A stretch of DNA of 64,000 bases from Laetmonice hystrix (Eukaryota): NCBI GenBank assembly GCA_965235115.1, contig OZ249436.1:58342001-58406000 (forward strand). The letters run 5' to 3'. The notes below the pieces were generated by a model that did not search any database, was not told the DNA's origin, and saw nothing but the letters and a program-made list of their open reading frames with translations. Below, piece by piece: positions 1 to 13,600 of the stretch; the stretch's first letter is position 1, and each line of letters opens with the position of its first letter. The position numbers were made by a program, and so were the translations under genes.

Positions 1-2883
1 GTACAATAATGTGGAGACCAGCGATCAGTATGTGATGATAAGACATGGCTCCTATAGACCCATGGTGTCATTCACTCTGACATGCGACCACTCACACGAC
101 AAAGATAACTCACCGGCAGGGATCATCCGCACGGGCGGGGAGGGGGGGGGGGCATCCAGTGAGCATCACAGAGATGCGGAGATGTTTGATGTGTACTGGC
201 AGCCTTGGTGATGAGGGTGTTTTTGCGAAGAGAAGACCCAGGAAGCCACCACTCTTGGCAGCGGCTCTGAGAGATGTCCTCTCCAGCATGTACAAGTGCC
301 GGCTATTCCAGCAGCTTTTCTTCAATGATCCTTCACTGTATATATAATGGCAGCTTGACGGACAGAATAGGGGGAGCCATGCGTGCGCAAGGATCGATCA
401 AGTCAACAAAGCCAACGTCAAAATCTATCAAAAAGTAGGACTCGAGTGTCAGAGATATACTTCCAAAGCAACAATATCTATGATGGAAGTTGAAGCCGTA
501 CGTCCATATGCCACATTACATTCATGATTATCACTGGTTACGGCACTATTTGAGTCGGTAATATAGATATTCCTTCATGCTGTATGTATGTAGCATTTAT
601 CTTGACAATTAACACAGCTCCAAGGTTATCTTTTCCTACAATCTCATTATTTTTGATTTACTTTTCCAGCATGTAGCCAGAGTGGCTACGTTCACGTTCC
701 GGTGTGGTGCCGCTGTGGAACTGCCGAAACCTACACTTAACTTTCGGAGTTGATGCATATCTTATACTGGGGAATTTCACTGTCAATTATCTTTGGCAGA
801 ATGTGACGCATGCGAAATTCTAGACTTATTTAATCTTAAACCTACTTTAAGATACGGTGGTGATGAGGAAGCGGATGATAACCATAATACATAATCCGAT
901 AGAGTACAGCCCACCCTCCCTAACATACAATTATTCTATCCTCGGGCCATACAAACGGTTTTAAGCCAGTAGCTGTCTGAAAGTTCTCCACTTCCTCAGC
1001 TATTCCTTGGCCTGTTCTTCTAAAGCTACCTCTGACCTATGATCCAAAGTCACATCAAATACCGTGGGACTACCCGTTCAATCTCAGTTCAGTCACCTCC
1101 CGAGTGTTTTGTTCACTTACACAGACACATCTACTCTCTTAAATACAGAATAAACCTCGACAGCCAACCCATCTCCGGCAAAACGGCCCACTGCAGAGCT
1201 TCACTTGGAATGTACGGTGGCCAAAATTGGCCGTAAGGACAAGAGGTTGTGTATAAATCCTTGACAAGCAGTGCTTTTAAGGCCTACTCTTAAGGAACGG
1301 TGCTTTGGCGAATAACGCTCTCTATAATGCCTTGAGTGCACCCATGAACAAAACAAGAGAAACAGGATTTCCACGAAGTTAAATATCCCAGTAAACAAAA
1401 TACAAAATACTCTGTGTGTGTGTGTTAATTTGCACCCCCACACCCACTCTTTGTTCAGTGTAGGCTGACTATATAACTGCCAATATTTACGATTAGGCCC
1501 CCAGTTGGGGGGGGATCTAACTGATCTTCCTATGTCCGATGTATGATTATTTTGAATACACGAAATCTTTGTGGTGTCCTGCGTTGCTCGTATGAATTTT
1601 GAGAGAAAGTTCCAGCGTCATCAAGGCCTAGACTTGTAACCCACGATACGTGGGGCCTTTCTCCTAGCCAGGCGTCCCGGTGCGGTCGACCGACCCACTC
1701 GATTCAGTCTGCCAGAACACAAGTGCCAAGCACGGTCCCCATGGGAGTTTCTGACCCTTGGGTCTCTGGCCTCCGCCTCGTCTGGACGACATGAAGACCC
1801 TTTTTCTGCCGGACCTACTGCCCTGTCCATTAGTCGTCTCTGCCCGACCAAAGCCTTAATTCAGTGCAGCTGATTTACAGTGAGTTACCGGTTGACCTAC
1901 CTTTAAACTCTCATCTTTCTAACCGCAACCTCCCCACCCCATCCCTTCCAATCCCCTTGGCGTGCCCCCACAAGGGGAGTCAGGACAGTAAGCACCCACT
2001 CCGATCCCCTTGGCAGATGGACCACAGCTGATGCACCAGCTAGTCTCCTCTGGAAAGGCAGCAGCTGCACCAGCTGCATCACCAACATCAGCACAGCAGT
2101 CTGGCCGAGTGCTCAGCTTGTCTCGGCTCATCTACACGAGCTCCTTGCATCACGCCTCATTGGCTGACAAGTTTTAGTGCCGTTGGCAAATGCGTACGGC
2201 CTGCCCGCCACATCATAATTCTTGCGGCAGGAGCGTGTAGTCGGCTTCTGTGATTGGGAACGCCACTGGTAAATAGACCTCTCCGCAACGCTTGCATTTC
2301 TCTTTTAATGACACCGCCTCAATTGGAAAATATCATACCCCCGCCAAACTGCCTCTTCTGCAATTCTCTCTCTGCTTTTGACAGCGTCTTAACTGCAATT
2401 ACGTTGTTAGTGGATTGCAAGCAGTGACCTTCACTGCAGGGGAGAGGGCGTGGAAGTCGTTGTCGCATTACCGCTGCACCCAATGTCCTTACAGCAGCCA
2501 CTGTCTCTCGAGGCCATGGCAGGCAGTCTCTGATAGATCTTAACTCCCTTCCAAAGGCAGCTATTCAGTCTCATGATCATAAAAGAACGTATTGCCCAGC
2601 AATATTCCTGCCCAGCCTCTTTAAGGGAAGATATCTCGAGAGATATGTTTGCTTTTTTACTCACTTTGTCGTCATTCAAAGGAAGCACTTAGTCGGAGTC
2701 TTGATAATGATGCTGGAATTTCTCTTTTATGAAGGAAACTCAAAGTAGAGTCTAAACCTGTAAAAGTGGCCTGAAATTCTTGATAATGATGCTCCATTTT
2801 CTCTTTCATGGGGGAAACTAAAATGAAATAAAATGAATGAGAGAGCAAAAACAACCACGATATTAAAATTATTCTTCATAATG

Positions 2884-3085
2884 CATAGCGTCTTGCTAGG
2901 GTGGTGGTCAAGCCGTACGTTGGTGAAAAGGTCACGAAATGCAAATACATAGCATTATGGATCCGGGACTGAGACGAAAATAGGTTTATTTTTCAGGAAT
3001 TCATACATTTGAATGACATTTGACCCCTGATTTGGCGACCTTTGGAACAGAGTACAGCTTGACCACCACCCCAGCCAGAATTATG
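2884..3085. mobile_element. Non-autonomous TIR element (MITE), probably Tc1/mariner-like
   Basis: GCTAGGGTGGTGGTCAAGCCGTAC (2895-2918) is the reverse complement of GTACAGCTTGACCACCACCCCAGC (3052-3075) at 22/24. The imperfect match extends to CATA...TATG termini, flanked by TG on the left and TA on the right (TA TSD with one change). Confidence 0.55.
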
Positions 3086-3375
3086 TAGAATGATTTCAAC
3101 ATGGTGGTTTGTTTTGTTCTCTTGGTTTGAACGAACCCCTTATTTTTTCCTCAAAGCTAGCCTCCCTATACTATTACGCCTACTCCTCAACGAAAAACAA
3201 GCAGGGTGATCCATGGGCTAGACACTATCCATAACCCGAGGGAACTATAAAGTACACGGTACACTAGATCTAACAAAGCCACCTAGTGAGGGGAAACAAG
3301 CCGAACGATTTCTACATAGAAAACAAATCTGCTAATCTGTACATGTATGAGGATACCAGCAACAGAGAAACAGCG

Positions 3376-3431
3376 CTCTCCGTACAAATCTTCATCCACA
3401 TCCTCTCCGTACAAATCTTCATCCACATCCT
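3376..3431. repeat. 27-bp tandem duplication
   Basis: CTCTCCGTACAAATCTTCATCCACATC x2, exact. Confidence 0.9.
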
Positions 3432-5432
3432 ACCCCCCCCTACCCCTCTCACACACACACACCAAGCCCCTGTTAATGAGAAGCAGTTCTATGTCTTCTC
3501 GCCCGACTCTGCCTCTCACCTATCAGTACTGATAAGTCGCCTGCCATCTTGACGGTAACAAAGCCAGGGTTCCTAGCGTCTCGCCTCCCTTAGTACATAA
3601 ACCCCTCCTGCTGCCTCCTCATTTGATCATCTTATATTGCGACAAACCATCTCCCCTTGTCACTGACGTCCAATGTCATCAGCCTCCCCTCATCTTCCAC
3701 CACAGATCGCCATCCTATCGGGTGTCACTGGGGTTTTCTAGGTGCTTCATTACCCGGTTTTCTTCCAGATCCGCTACGGGTCAAGGGTTGGACCGACTCG
3801 AATTCAAGAACCCTCAGTCAATAATACATAGTTTACAGATTTGCTCCTGTTTGCACAGAAAAGCGATGCATTTTTGCAAGGGTATGAAATTGACCTATCC
3901 GAAGATATCATGGTTTGTATGTATTGTATTTCATGTCATGGTTGTGCTGTAATCTATCACCTACATCAGACAGTGATAGAGAAAAAAACATGCAGTGTAT
4001 ACCAAAAAATCTGGTCTTACCTTAAGGTGGTAATGTATATCTTATCCAAATCCCCAATAAATCAATATCCAGATTACATACCTGAAAATATAAAAAGAAA
4101 GAACATTAGATGAAATCACTTCTTTTTAAGGATTCTATTAGGAAAACACGTGCGTATTATGGTTCGCTTGTCTCTCAGATGCTATGTTCCATTTCAGAAA
4201 AAAAAACCGGTAGCGCATACTGTTGGGAAAACATTGTGTGGCGTATTTGTGGCTTTAAATAGCCTTACATTACATCTAATCAGTGCGCCTTTGGTGTATA
4301 TCATCATCGTTTGATTCGTTACACTGGGGGTAAATTACATACACTGGTCCGTGCACGTCCCTGATAAGGCTATCTCTATTTTCATGGACTCAAACTTATT
4401 TATTAACACCTGCATCTCCACAGGGGGAGGAGCAGTGTTGTAGTTTGAGTGGTGGGCGATTTTCGTCCTAATTAATTATGTGGCATGACCCTTTTAGTAC
4501 AGATAGAGCTCGGTATACACTCGATCTGCCAAGGGGCAGAGTCCACTTAAAAATATACAAATAGTCCCTATCTTAGAACGAGTAATCTGTAATCTTAACC
4601 GTAAGCCACGACAATATGAATCTAACTACAATACATGTATATCATTACTAACAGAAATCTATGCCATAATACATTCCTTTCTATAGAGGAATGTAATTTG
4701 TAAAATTGACCCGATTCTTTCCTCCCTTCTTCCTTCACGATATAGCCTGATATAAATCAAGCTTTTCCTATACTACTTAGAATACCAATACATGTACCTG
4801 CAACTATCGTCACTTTTAGTATACTACTTGTAATAGTCATGATTCCTTCCTTACAATTAATTACACTGCCTATCTGATGTATGGTTTCTAGTGCTTCACT
4901 TGGACAAATGTGATATTTTCCACTGAATAAAGTATTATACAGTTGCTCGTATGAGCAATTAGAAGATAAATGGGCATCTCTATATTGTCGAGTATAAAAG
5001 ACAGACAGCATTTACTTCTTACGCAAGTTACACGGTATTAGTCTACAAAATAGACATCTTACAATTACGCCCACATTTGACAATTCATTTTTAATGTACA
5101 ATGTAAAATGCCGTCTCCAGTATTTCTATGATGCTTATAACAAAAAAAGTTAGTAATTTTATTATTTCGCGATAATGGTCCTCCACAGTACCTGCGGTCA
5201 CTATTACTATTTGATGCTGCCTTCGAGAGCAAACATTGGCAAGGCTGAAACGGTATTGCATCAGATTTCGAGTTCTGTTTTTACCTTTATGATGAATCAC
5301 ACAGCGAAGCTCCTTGACATCTTAGCTTCCGTAATCAACGCGAAGAAACATCAGCATGAAAACGATAGTACTACAAGGTAATCATGTTCTTCCAATCGTC
5401 AAATCGACCAATGAACACGCATGGCCAAATCC

Positions 5433-6266
5433 TCAGTGTGACACCTTCTGAGGGACCGTCCCATAATATCCCACAAAATGCAGTAGTGTCGTTTTTCGTA
5501 CGACAATTATTCGACAAGCAGTTTTGTTATAGTCATTTACAGATTGAATTCTCGGCGGTCCTCGAGCAGGATCACGATGGCACTTGTCTTGTGACAATAG
5601 GCGCACCTGGAGAGTTCCCACCGCCAGAGGCAGGCAAACCTCCTGACTTGTAATTGAGTTGTCACGAGTGGTAATGATCGGGCCCAGGTCCCAGAGGCTC
5701 TGCAGACACCAATCCCAACGAACAAGTCTGCGGCGAATATCTGTCCCATGCCCCAATTCTGTGCCATGACCATTAAAGCGAGATTCTTGCCATAAACTGT
5801 CATGTTTGGAATCTGGTTTCGGTAAGCAACAAAAAAAAAGACGTTCAAGACTTGATATTTTCACCGAAGTTGCACGATTCAAGGCTTGATTTGACTGAGC
5901 ATCAGTTAGAAGCCAGGGGGCAGACTTGTGCAGCTCAGCGTTGTCCAATTTGAGCACTTGTGATACGGCAATATCACACACTATTTAGGACATCGTTCGT
6001 CCACAATGGCCCCTTGCTACTAGCAAGCAGATTGTGTAAACACCATTCTGATTGAATTCCTTTCGGCAGGTCAACAGGGCATTGACGGCGAGAAGCAGGT
6101 CGGAGGATGGTTTGTAATCTGGCACGCAGAGTACGCTGCTCAACATCCCAAAGCACTGCTTAGAGCATCTGAAGAGGACAACGGTTTGGTGATGGGCCAT
6201 TTCGTATTCTACAATATCCATCCCAAAGGGAGGATGGATGTGCTGAGCACCTTCTCCGCAGCCTTT
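5433..6266 (-). pseudogene. Probable decayed coding fragment, product unknown
   Basis: ORF-track entries 5985..6221 and 5433..5981 are in the same frame, separated by one TAA, and the frame is open upstream to about 6266: 278 codons with one internal stop. No motif recognised. Confidence 0.35.
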
Positions 6267-6892
6267 CTATATTAGTGTGATCCCTCGTAAAGTATTTTTC
6301 ACCTCAAACTCACAACAAAAATAGACTTTGCCATTGCTTGCAAAAATTCTACGAGCATTCTTAATTCTCCAAGCCATATATTAAGAGCCATGAATAATTC
6401 CTTTCTCCAAAAGAATACAACATAACCTTTTTACGGACATGTTAAGACAGTGATCCAGTAGTCTCATGAGACCAAGTAGACAAGAATTGTAAACCGCATC
6501 GCATAACAGTAAATATGTTAAAATATTTTTGTCGTAAATCTCTTGTATTCTCCTGCGGATCTACGTTGCCAAAAAGAGAAATGCTTCGATACTCAAATGG
6601 AACGAGAACAATTGTACACAGGATCACAGCCAAGAGAGTAAAATAATTATGTATGAGCGAGTTGTACTGCATGGGAAACACTCATGATGGATTCCCTTAC
6701 CTGCGGTTGTGTCGAATAAACAGCTAAGAAGATGTAACATGCGGTTTTGGGTGACGAATACTTTAAAGATTTGATAACTGCGTTAATTACCGGTGGTAAT
6801 TATGCTAGCACTGTAACACTGGAGTTCTTACCCCCCCCCTAAAAACTCGATTTTCTCGTCTAATTTTCCATGAACTAGTTTTTCTCTTTCTC

Positions 6893-6934
6893 TAACATCA
6901 GCATAGTAGTGTTAACATCAGCATAGTAGTGTTC
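6893..6934. repeat. 20-bp tandem duplication
   Basis: TAACATCAGCATAGTAGTGT x2, exact. Confidence 0.9.
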
Positions 6935-9603
6935 TCTCAGTGTTACTGAAGCAGTAAGAGGACCTCAGATGGTTTCACATTCTCAAAGATGGTCGGTCAC
7001 TATCCGCTGTTCGGTCCTCCCTTTGTGAATACCCATCTGAGCAGCTGTTCGTCTACCCTTGCAAAGAACATGCAGGATGCATACAATCCTCCTTTCCTTC
7101 GAACGTAAAACATTTGCATCACACAATGCACCAGGCCGCTGCCCATGCCGATAATCGGCGGACGCTGCTACAGCTCATGTCTGTGTCTGATCACTGGTTC
7201 CCTCCAGCCACCACTTTAGCTGCGCCAGCTGTTCCTTTTCAAATCCACATTATCATCCGACCTATTTTTTTCCTGTGTCTGATTTCATTTGAATTCATCA
7301 TAATTATCTCGGCAAAGTGGGAGAGGATTCAACAATGACAGAAGGAAATTGTCTGTGGTGTAATTTCAAAGGGTGTGGTTTCTTCATTTGATCCATTCTC
7401 AGACAGCTCAGAAGCCGTTCATTTCAATAATCCAATTGCTACAGGCCACTTATTGGTGACTGGCGCTGAGCCATGTCGTCACTACATGGTTGATGGAATC
7501 CCGCCGGGCCACACCCCCGTCCCCCAACACCACCAGCCGCCGGCGACCATCCTCCACCTGGATCGTCAGGCTGGTTTCTCACATTCCCACCAGGTGGCCA
7601 GCACAACCACTAACCATTCTTTCCTCACATGCCAGCCTTCCGTTCTGTACCCCCCCCCCCCCCCCCAATCCCGCCGACTGCCTCTAAATGATTAGTCAAA
7701 GAGAGGCAAAGGTTAAGAAATCATGCATACAGCTGCGTGATTAGCGGCCCGTGAACCTTAAGCGAATCAGGTTAATTGAAACTCAAGTGAATGGAAGTTA
7801 TCGCTTTCCAAATGTAGCACCTGCTTGAAAAAGGCTGCAACTTCAATAAATCAAAATTGGATGTTAATAACAACAAAAAATTGAAATCCTCTTACCTTTA
7901 ATTAGGGACTGACAACAAGTGAGACACAATAAACTCCTATCTCCACGTCTATCCTTAGCTCTTGTAATAGAAAATGACAGCAATGTCAGCTTTAAAAGCT
8001 TCCTGTCGATTGCCTTCGCCAGTCTCCATATAGCTTGTATCAAGTACACTTTATGGATTTTGTTAACCCAATAACCGTACCGTGCAGCGCGACATTGCGA
8101 GAATGCTTGGGTACGGTTGGTTCATAAACCTGTTAGCGGACACCTATAAAACAAACCCAGTCCCTCCACTTTCTATACATCACCGGCCAGTGTTCGGCAC
8201 GGTTACAGTGAACCATTTGCATTAAGTATTGTAACACGGCCCCGTTTCTGGAAGATGTTGAGTTAATGATTATTTCAAGGAATTATCATAATTGTGTCCT
8301 ATCAGCATAGAGTGTGCCCCAGTGATATGGTAATGTTTTGTTTGGAGGTGTCTGCTGAGGAACCTAAGTGTAGCCTGCAGTAATGAGACTGAGAGTGCTT
8401 CATTAACTTACTCTGCCATAAGACTTTTTTCTAGATGACTGGCCCAGCTAGCAGCTTTAACTGACAGAACTTTGGATATCGACAGTAGATTCTTTAGAAT
8501 ATTTTTTTTTAATAATAAAGGTAACAAACATTATCTTCATAAGCTAACTTATGGCTTTTCCATGCCGCAGCATATAGATAATTCATTTATTGATATCATC
8601 AACCTACCTTAAATAGTATTACTTTTACATTTGGTAGCAGCACAGCAAAGAAGCCGCATACATGATTTCCTTAATCTGACGTGAGCCAGGGATTCAATAA
8701 ACACCCAGGCTCAGGGCATGCCCACCACACGCAAGCCCTGCCTGGACTCGTAACCCTATGATTCCCACACCTTCAGTTCCTCGGTGTCTCGTTACCAATT
8801 GCTCCCAGCCAGCACCTCCCTTCCGCAGCTGCCGTCGGATCAGTGATTAAATTGATATCAACTTTACCAAAGCTGAGACGTATCGAATGGAGACACATAC
8901 CAATTTTTTTCCTGGTGAGAACCAGAGAAACTGCGCGGCTGAAGGAAGAGCGTTCAAGTAGTCTTCATTATCTCAATCCGAGCGCCTTCCTCGAGCGGCT
9001 GAAGATTATTTTTACTCGAGATTTATGCCAACTGCTGATTGGATATATTCAAGTAGTTCACAGCAAGTGCTTCAAGTGCTTGCCAGTCACATGAGGTAAT
9101 TACGGAAGTTGTCATTCAATGAGAGCCAAACTGTAAAACTCTCTCCCCCTAGTCGGTTTTAGTCTTCCACGCTCTCTAAACCCAGCCGGAGAGAGATGTA
9201 TGTATTATAATTTCCTATCAATTTGTACGGGGAGGGGGGGGGGGGTACAGTGGCACAGACCCTCGCTAAACACTGCTGAGTGCGAAGGTATAGAATCTCT
9301 GCCACTAAACCTCCCACCTCTTACTTTAGCGACCACCACGGACCTAACACTATCTGGCTGCTAATGCTATAGAATATCTGGATACTACTGCCTGATGAGG
9401 ATTTCATCATTGACGCTCGGCTGATTCAGAGTGGAGAGACAGTCTAGCTACCTGAACACTAGATAAGTCTCCATACTATAGCAATATTGAAGAATTTCCT
9501 CCCCATCCAACGTTTATGGATCTCGCTAACTGCACAGCTGTAGCACCCTCAAATGTAAAAATTCCTCTAAATGTAAAGACGCCGTCATTATTATGTAACA
9601 AAT

Positions 9604-9717
9604 ATTTACGACAAATATGAAAACGTACGTCAAATGTGACAAAAATCTACCGCATATGTAACATATGCGGCAGAGTTTTTTCACATTGGACGGACGGTTT
9701 TTACATTTGTCGTAAAT
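9604..9717. repeat. ~114-bp imperfect palindrome, likely the core of a foldback MITE
   Basis: Centre CCGCATATGT-A-ACATATGCGG. Arms ATTTACGACAAATATGAAAACGTACGTC / GACGGACGGTTTTTACATTTGTCGTAAAT and AATGTGACAAAAATCTACCGC / GCGGCAGAGTTTTTTCACATT pair with few mismatches. Confidence 0.8.
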
Positions 9718-9929
9718 GATTACGTTATTCGTGGCAATATGTGAGCCTGACGCTGTCCAGTAATTGGGACGGCCTAGTTCAAGAAACGATGCAGTAATCG
9801 TGCGGTAAGTGACAAGAAACGAGGAACACCGCATTTACATTGAGGTCTCCAACCTTATCTCCATGATTACCGCCAGACCCTTCTACACCATTTCAATTAC
9901 TGATATTTCTCTGGATCATACACCGTGGC

Positions 9930-10623
9930 ATTGTTTATCGACCCTCCGGATATTTTCATGGGTCCTTCACGCTGCTAAGTGTATTGTTTATCGACCCTCC
10001 GGATATTTTCATGGGTCCTTCACGCTGCTAAGTGTATTGTTTATCGACCCTCCGGATATTTTCCTGGGTCCTTCACGCTGCTAAGTGTATTGTTTATCGA
10101 CCCTCCGGATATTTTCCTGGGTCCTTCACGCTGCTAAGTGTATTGTTTATCGACCCTCCGGATATTTTCCTGGGTCCTTCACGCTGCTAAGTGTATTGTT
10201 TATCGACCCTCCGGATATTTTCATGGGTCCTTCACGCTGCTAAGTGTATTGTTTATCGACCCTCCGGATATTTTCATGGGTCCTTCACGCTGCTAAGTGT
10301 ATTGTTTATCGACCCTCCGGATATTTTCATGGGTCCTTCACGCTGCTAAGTGTATTGTTTATCGACTCTCCGGATATTTTCCTGGGTCCTTCACGCTGCT
10401 AAGTGTATTGTTTATCGACCCTCCGGATATTTTCATGGGTCCTTCACGCTGCTAAGTGTATTGTTTATCGACTCTCCGGATATTTTCATGGGTCCTTCAC
10501 GCTGCTAAGTGTATTGTTTATCGACTCTCCGGATATTTTCATGGGTCCTTCACGCTGCTAAGTGTATTGTTTATCGACCCTCCGGATATTTTTATGGGTC
10601 CTTCACGCTGCTAAGTGTATTGT
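9930..10623. repeat. 53-bp minisatellite, 13 copies
   Basis: Unit TGTTTATCGACCCTCCGGATATTTTCATGGGTCCTTCACGCTGCTAAGTGTAT starts at 9932 and recurs every 53 bp to 10568. Variation is limited to CAT/CCT, ACC/ACT and one C>T in the last copy. No spacers. Confidence 0.97.
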
Positions 10624-13600
10624 CTACAACAGACGCCAGTCGAGCTCCTGTAGCCTTCCGAGCTGTAACAGTCACACATGTAGACCCAAGTGATGACTTT
10701 CCTTGTGATACACGTAGGAGGGGTTGGTAAATTAAACAAATATCCATCATGGTGATTGGCAGCGAGACTGTAGGTAAACATAACAGTAAGCTGGATGTAG
10801 GGTTTGTGTGATCGATTGGATCGTTCTCACTCTTACTTCCGATCCTCTATCCCTCTCCTCATACGGATCCATTCATAAAAATAGGAAGTTTGACCAGCTC
10901 CTTTCAGACTACGAAGATACATTTGTATAGTGGACAACATCCTAGTTGGTAATATCCCCGTCGAGACTGGTTACGGAGTTAGGAGGGGGAGTTCAGATCA
11001 GAATATTCAGCCTTTGACTGCTAGTTACTGAGATGTAGGGCTATTGACAAGGTATAATTATTGGCCTGGATATTTCTGGATCCATCAGGGGGGTATTGTG
11101 AATCTGTCAGGAGCCAGGCAGTACAGCTGGACCCACCTGCCTCTGAAACCATTTACTGCCACATCACCAGCACACAATTATAGCCTGGTCCTACCTGCCA
11201 TGCCCAGTTGGGGTGTTTAGGAGAGGGCGGCTGGCACGTTGGGGAAGAGGGACATAACCGTCCACGTTAACTGTTATACTGCTTATGTCCCGGTAAAACG
11301 GGCTAATCAAAACACTTCTTGTTCTAAAATCTAGAACATTTTCAAACAATTCCCTCCGCATAGGAAGGTGCTAAATATACAATGTATGTAACACAGAGCC
11401 AAACTAGAAATCGGTTGGGTACAATTCTTAGATGATGGAAAACTGAAAATGTATGGGCTAAGAAACTATTTCATCGTAGATATTTTTCATTTTGTAAAAA
11501 ACTCACCTGGATTGTACAATATTTATCAAAATTCGGCCACCTCGGATTCTCCCCAAGGTTTAATTTTTATCTGCCTTCAGAATATGCGACTTACATTCAA
11601 ATAGCGGCGTGTCCACAGAACGGGTAAGGGGGGTATCAGGTTAACAGATGCCAGTGGTTAGGCTAATGAGAAAGTTCCTCTGCTCTGTAATTATGCTAGC
11701 ACTGTAACACTGGAGTTCAACGGTTGAGCCCTAGCCAGTTCTGTTCCATTAGTGAGAGTGCAGTAACCCAACAGCTCTGGCCAAGTTTTCTAGGAAAGAC
11801 TAAGTGCATGGCATGACACTTTATGCCTGTAATTTACAAACGTTGCCAATATCCATTAGGTATGTTTTAATTTGTTAATTATGGCACATACACACGAAGT
11901 CTTTTTTTTTGTACCACAGAATTGATTGATACGCTCAGCCTAGATCCCGCGGGGGCTGTACCACCGCCAATTTGGCAACACTGGGAAACAGCCTTTAATT
12001 TGGCGACTAAACCATGACCAAGTTGAGAGCCGGCCAATTGCTGGCATTTCAGACACGATACTTGCAACGGTTTTATGGCAATTATATCGCGTTGACTTTC
12101 CAGCTCATCACTCACATTCCCCCATTTTAACAGCAGTCATTTTTTTCATGTCTGGATGAGCCACTCTTCCAGGAAGACAACGAAGAACAATCGGAATTCA
12201 TCCATTACTGGCACAGATCGCCTAAAACTTGCTCTATTTCTTCCCACTCTGTTGATACCAATGAGGCCAGGTAAGCATGGCTGATATGGCGAGGCTGACA
12301 AACGTTGGTGATGGTGGAAGTAACCCAAGCTCTTGAATAGCTCTTGAATCCAAACGGTCCCCCTAACTCACCCATCCCCACGTGTTCTTCTGCACGTCGG
12401 GATCTCTGTCACTTCGCGCTTGTTGTGGAGGTTCCTGCACATATGGTCCGATTCGCCAGGGTTCAACCAGTTCGCAGTGGATTGCCGGGGAGACCAGAGT
12501 ACTCAGGCTGGTCACCAGTGATGAATTAAGCCAGGCAGGGCCGGTTGCCAACCAGGAATTGCTCAGGCATAATTGCGGCACCTGTGGACACAGGCCGGGT
12601 ATCCCACATAAACCAGCCAGCTGGGGGTTGTCCGTCCGCCGCCAGCCGCCAGGTCATGCATCCGTCCGGGATTCGAACACGTCATACATATTTTCATAGC
12701 ACAACCTTTGTTTCGAAATCGTATTTAGATACATGTCGTATTCCAGATTATGTACAATATAAAAACTTCCTGTTTGTCCTACTTTCAGGTGACGATGATC
12801 TACCAAGCTTAGAACCCCCCCCCCCTTTTCTTGAGTTATGGGCCTAATGGTGCATGCATGTGTTCAATTGTACCTGAAATATGGTACTCATTTAGCACGT
12901 TAACAATCCTAATAAATTTTAACTTGTCTGATTCACAGTATAACTCCGGCAGATACTAAAGAGGATGCATATGTTCATTAGTAATTATTCCACTAATATC
13001 ACTGTCTGCCTGTCCAGGGGAGACCAGCAGAGTAACGCCCGCCCGGTTGCTCCGGATCAAAACCTTCATGTAATCTGCCGCCAACCGTAAAATCAATTCA
13101 GTCATTGTGTTTTAACATGGTGCCTCGTTTGGCTATAAACGTTTCAACTTCATCATTGCTGCCATACCAAATCTGAGTACATGGCCTTCATAATAAGCTC
13201 AATGAACCAAAAGTCTATTGGCTTTGACCCCATTGTGATAACAAGCCCTATCAATCAAGTGCCTGTGCGTAACGTCTGACCGGACACTCTTCATAGCACG
13301 GGGACCATTTCGCCCAGCGCAGATACCATAAATCTTCTGGTCACCAGTGCCAATTACCCATTGTCTCCACCCTTATCTATTGCCTTGCAAATATCAGTCA
13401 TCTCCATAGCGAAGAGATCCTCTTGTGGCCATCTTTAAGAAAAGGAGCCACTGGATGCATGCAGAGAGCAGGCGTTATTATACTGGTGGATTCGCCATCT
13501 TCCACCTCCCCATACTTCTGATCATCATAAATATAGGTCTGATGGCCAGGCTGTGTATAATGAACGTTAGCGATATGACTGTCTTGGTTGCGAGGGTTCT

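Noticed and set aside
9930-10623. CRISPR-like regular repeat (also 23019-23502 and 48886-49637)
   Set aside because: Units are contiguous with no unique spacers, there are no cas genes, and the context is eukaryotic: these are minisatellites.
12668-12678. Pol III B-box (GTTCGAATCCC on the minus strand), possible tRNA or SINE
   Set aside because: No A-box or cloverleaf at the expected distance.
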